This document shows positions 62,006-64,000 of a stretch of DNA of 64,000 nt, one piece after another. Within the stretch, counting starts at the first letter, position 1. Each line of letters starts with the position of its first letter. Below the pieces are notes generated by a model that saw only the letters and a program-made list of their open reading frames with translations, searched no databases and had not been told where the DNA came from. Where the stretch lies: positions 15,428,642 through 15,492,641 of the forward strand of contig OZ037770.1 in NCBI GenBank assembly GCA_964035545.1, in the 5' to 3' direction. This stretch comes from Bugula neritina (taxonomy: Eukaryota; Animalia; Bryozoa). Position numbers and translations under genes: made by a program.

Positions 62006-63199
62006 ATGAGATGGACGTTGCGGTCTTGGAAGTTCAGATTTATGTTCTTGGTGCTTATTGGAGGTGGTATATTGCTGTATAGGCACCTAAAAGTCTTGCT
62101 TCAACCTGCGCAAATCGAACCTCAGCTTAGTCATGACTCACTTCGGTTGTTACCGCCCGCTGGTGCTAAGCTGTCCTCCCACCCCAGGGTTATATACGGG
62201 GCAACAATCCCATCCGGCCTTTGGAAAGTCTTTGAATTCAGTTCCTGTCAAGTTTCTGATTGTATTATGCAGGCTAGCACTAGTTTTGAATACATAGAAA
62301 AGGCTGATGTTATTCTATTCAAGCATAAACCGAATTTGATTTACCCGGATGTACCGTGGAGCATTCGGCAGCATCAGTATTGGGTGCTGATCACAAAAGA
62401 GTCTCCCAACAAACCTTTCGACACTTGGTCTCATGACGTCAACGGCATATTCAACTTTACTATAACGTACAGACGCGACTCGTTTATTTCCAACCCTTAT
62501 GGCAAAGCGAAAAAGTTGCCAGCAAAATTGGCCTCAAAATCAACCTATAACTACGCTTCAGGTAAAACTAAAGGGGCCTACGTTTACGTCTCTAACTGTC
62601 ACAGCTACAAGTATGATAGATTGGAGGCTATCCAATACCTAAGACGATATATTCAAATTGATATATTTGGTTCATGTGTGGGTAGGCACCCTTGTAATTG
62701 GTTAGATGTTGGCTGCGAGAAGAGAAAGCAGACGCAGTACCGATTCTACCTGAGTTTTGAGAACTCTCTGTGTAAAGACTACATAACAGAAAAGTTTTGG
62801 CTCAGACTACAGTTGAGTACTCACGTACTTCCTGTAGCTATCGGAGGTCTCTCACAACAAGAATACGATAATGTAGCTCCTCCCAACTCCTACATTCACG
62901 CGTATAACTTTACCTCTCTCGACCACCTCGGCAGATATTTAAAAATGTTGATGACGAATGACACAGCATACAACAAATATCATGAGTGGAGAGCTAGTTA
63001 TAAAGTGGAAACTAGTGGTAGTATGTATAAAAAGACTGCATGTAAACTGTGTGAACTCGCTCATACAGGAACTAAAATACCTGCTCAGAATAACTTAGAT
63101 AGTTGGTATAGCCCTAGAACAACCTGCAGATCCCATTCTATGTTACCTGCTAGTCGTTTTTCTCTACTCCATGAAATAAAAAACAGTTTATTTGTTTGA
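62006..63199 (+). CDS. Alpha-1,3-fucosyltransferase (GT10), intact, single coding exon, ~397 aa
   Basis: ATG 62006 after an acceptor-like tract; N-terminal TM, ESP, FNFTITYRRDS, VSNC, alpha-1,3-FucT motif YRFYLSFENSLCKDYITEKFW, PPNSYIH, Y..Y.EWR, CKLC. Confidence 0.95.
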   Translation: MRWTLRSWKFRFMFLVLIGGGILLYRHLKVLLQPAQIEPQLSHDSLRLLPPAGAKLSSHPRVIYGATIPSGLWKVFEFSSCQVSDCIMQASTSFEYIEKADVILFKHKPNLIYPDVPWSIRQHQYWVLITKESPNKPFDTWSHDVNGIFNFTITYRRDSFISNPYGKAKKLPAKLASKSTYNYASGKTKGAYVYVSNCHSYKYDRLEAIQYLRRYIQIDIFGSCVGRHPCNWLDVGCEKRKQTQYRFYLSFENSLCKDYITEKFWLRLQLSTHVLPVAIGGLSQQEYDNVAPPNSYIHAYNFTSLDHLGRYLKMLMTNDTAYNKYHEWRASYKVETSGSMYKKTACKLCELAHTGTKIPAQNNLDSWYSPRTTCRSHSMLPASRFSLLHEIKNSLFV

Positions 63200-64000
63200 A
63201 ATTCACTCTCCTGCAAGTTCAGAGTTGGCCATTTCTTCTCTACAAGTTGCACTAGTTCACAGTTTAATTTTGTCAATTTGATAGACTCACTCATTACCTC
63301 CTTATGATTTTGTATACTCTATGCTCAAATGGTAGCTAACTTTATTTTTGTACACCATTTAATTATTGTCTTCCTTTACATTAATTCTCATCATGAAATC
63401 AGAATTGCCATAAAAATGTTCTATTATTCATTAACATAACCACTTTTATATTTGTTCTATTTTCAATCTGTTATCTGCGCATGGGTGAATTGATTACATT
63501 CCATGGCCATAGTACTACTGTGTTATAATATGTTAAATGCTCAAAAATTTAGAAAATTAGTTCTCCTCACAAAACTTCTCACATTTAGATAGATAACTGT
63601 AATGAAATTTTTGTTGAATTATATATTTTTCATCATTACTCAAATCAAGTTTGTGGTATTCTATTATAAACTTTTTAATAATTCAATAAACTTCGTCATT
63701 TGAAAATCTTATCAATTTAATTGTTATTTAAGCAATATAAAATATTCTAAAGTTTTATTTAATGCATTTACTATCAGAATGAATATCTAACAGACTTGAA
63801 ATGGTGAGCTTTAAATTGAAACACTGCAGCTATATTACATAGGCTATCGCAAACCTTAAAAAAATTAAAGTTCATTATGCTAATTTAGTATAATATTATT
63901 TGTGGTGTGAATCTATTTACTAGTAGTTGTCTTTTCTCATGTGAAAAAAGCCAACTAATTCAGTAATGTTATTGTAAATTCATAGTGAAGAGCTACTAAT

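Overview
AT-rich, intron-rich animal genomic DNA, not prokaryotic. The style suggests a lophotrochozoan invertebrate such as a bryozoan, but that is an unverified guess. Left to right: (1) 0.2-8.7 kb, a tandem cluster of five small secreted WAP/four-disulfide-core-type peptide loci, mostly invisible to the ORF track: one intact 8-Cys gene, two decayed copies and two intact derived 6-Cys paralogues; (2) a single-exon orphan rhodopsin-like GPCR; (3) an 11-exon carotenoid oxygenase (BCO/RPE65 family) whose intron 8 holds a very young full-length Ty3/Gypsy LTR retrotransposon; (4) a convergent 19-exon synaptotagmin-like (SYTL4/5-type) gene on the minus strand; (5) a 6-exon SLC25A33/36-type mitochondrial carrier on the minus strand; (6) a decayed Gypsy remnant with an extra zinc-finger ORF; (7) two tandem GT10 alpha-1,3-fucosyltransferase genes, one frameshifted, sharing a near-identical 3' tract. 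Many introns carry their own private minisatellite next to, and sometimes including, a splice junction. All gene models were built by hand and checked for exon-phase consistency; no database searches were run.
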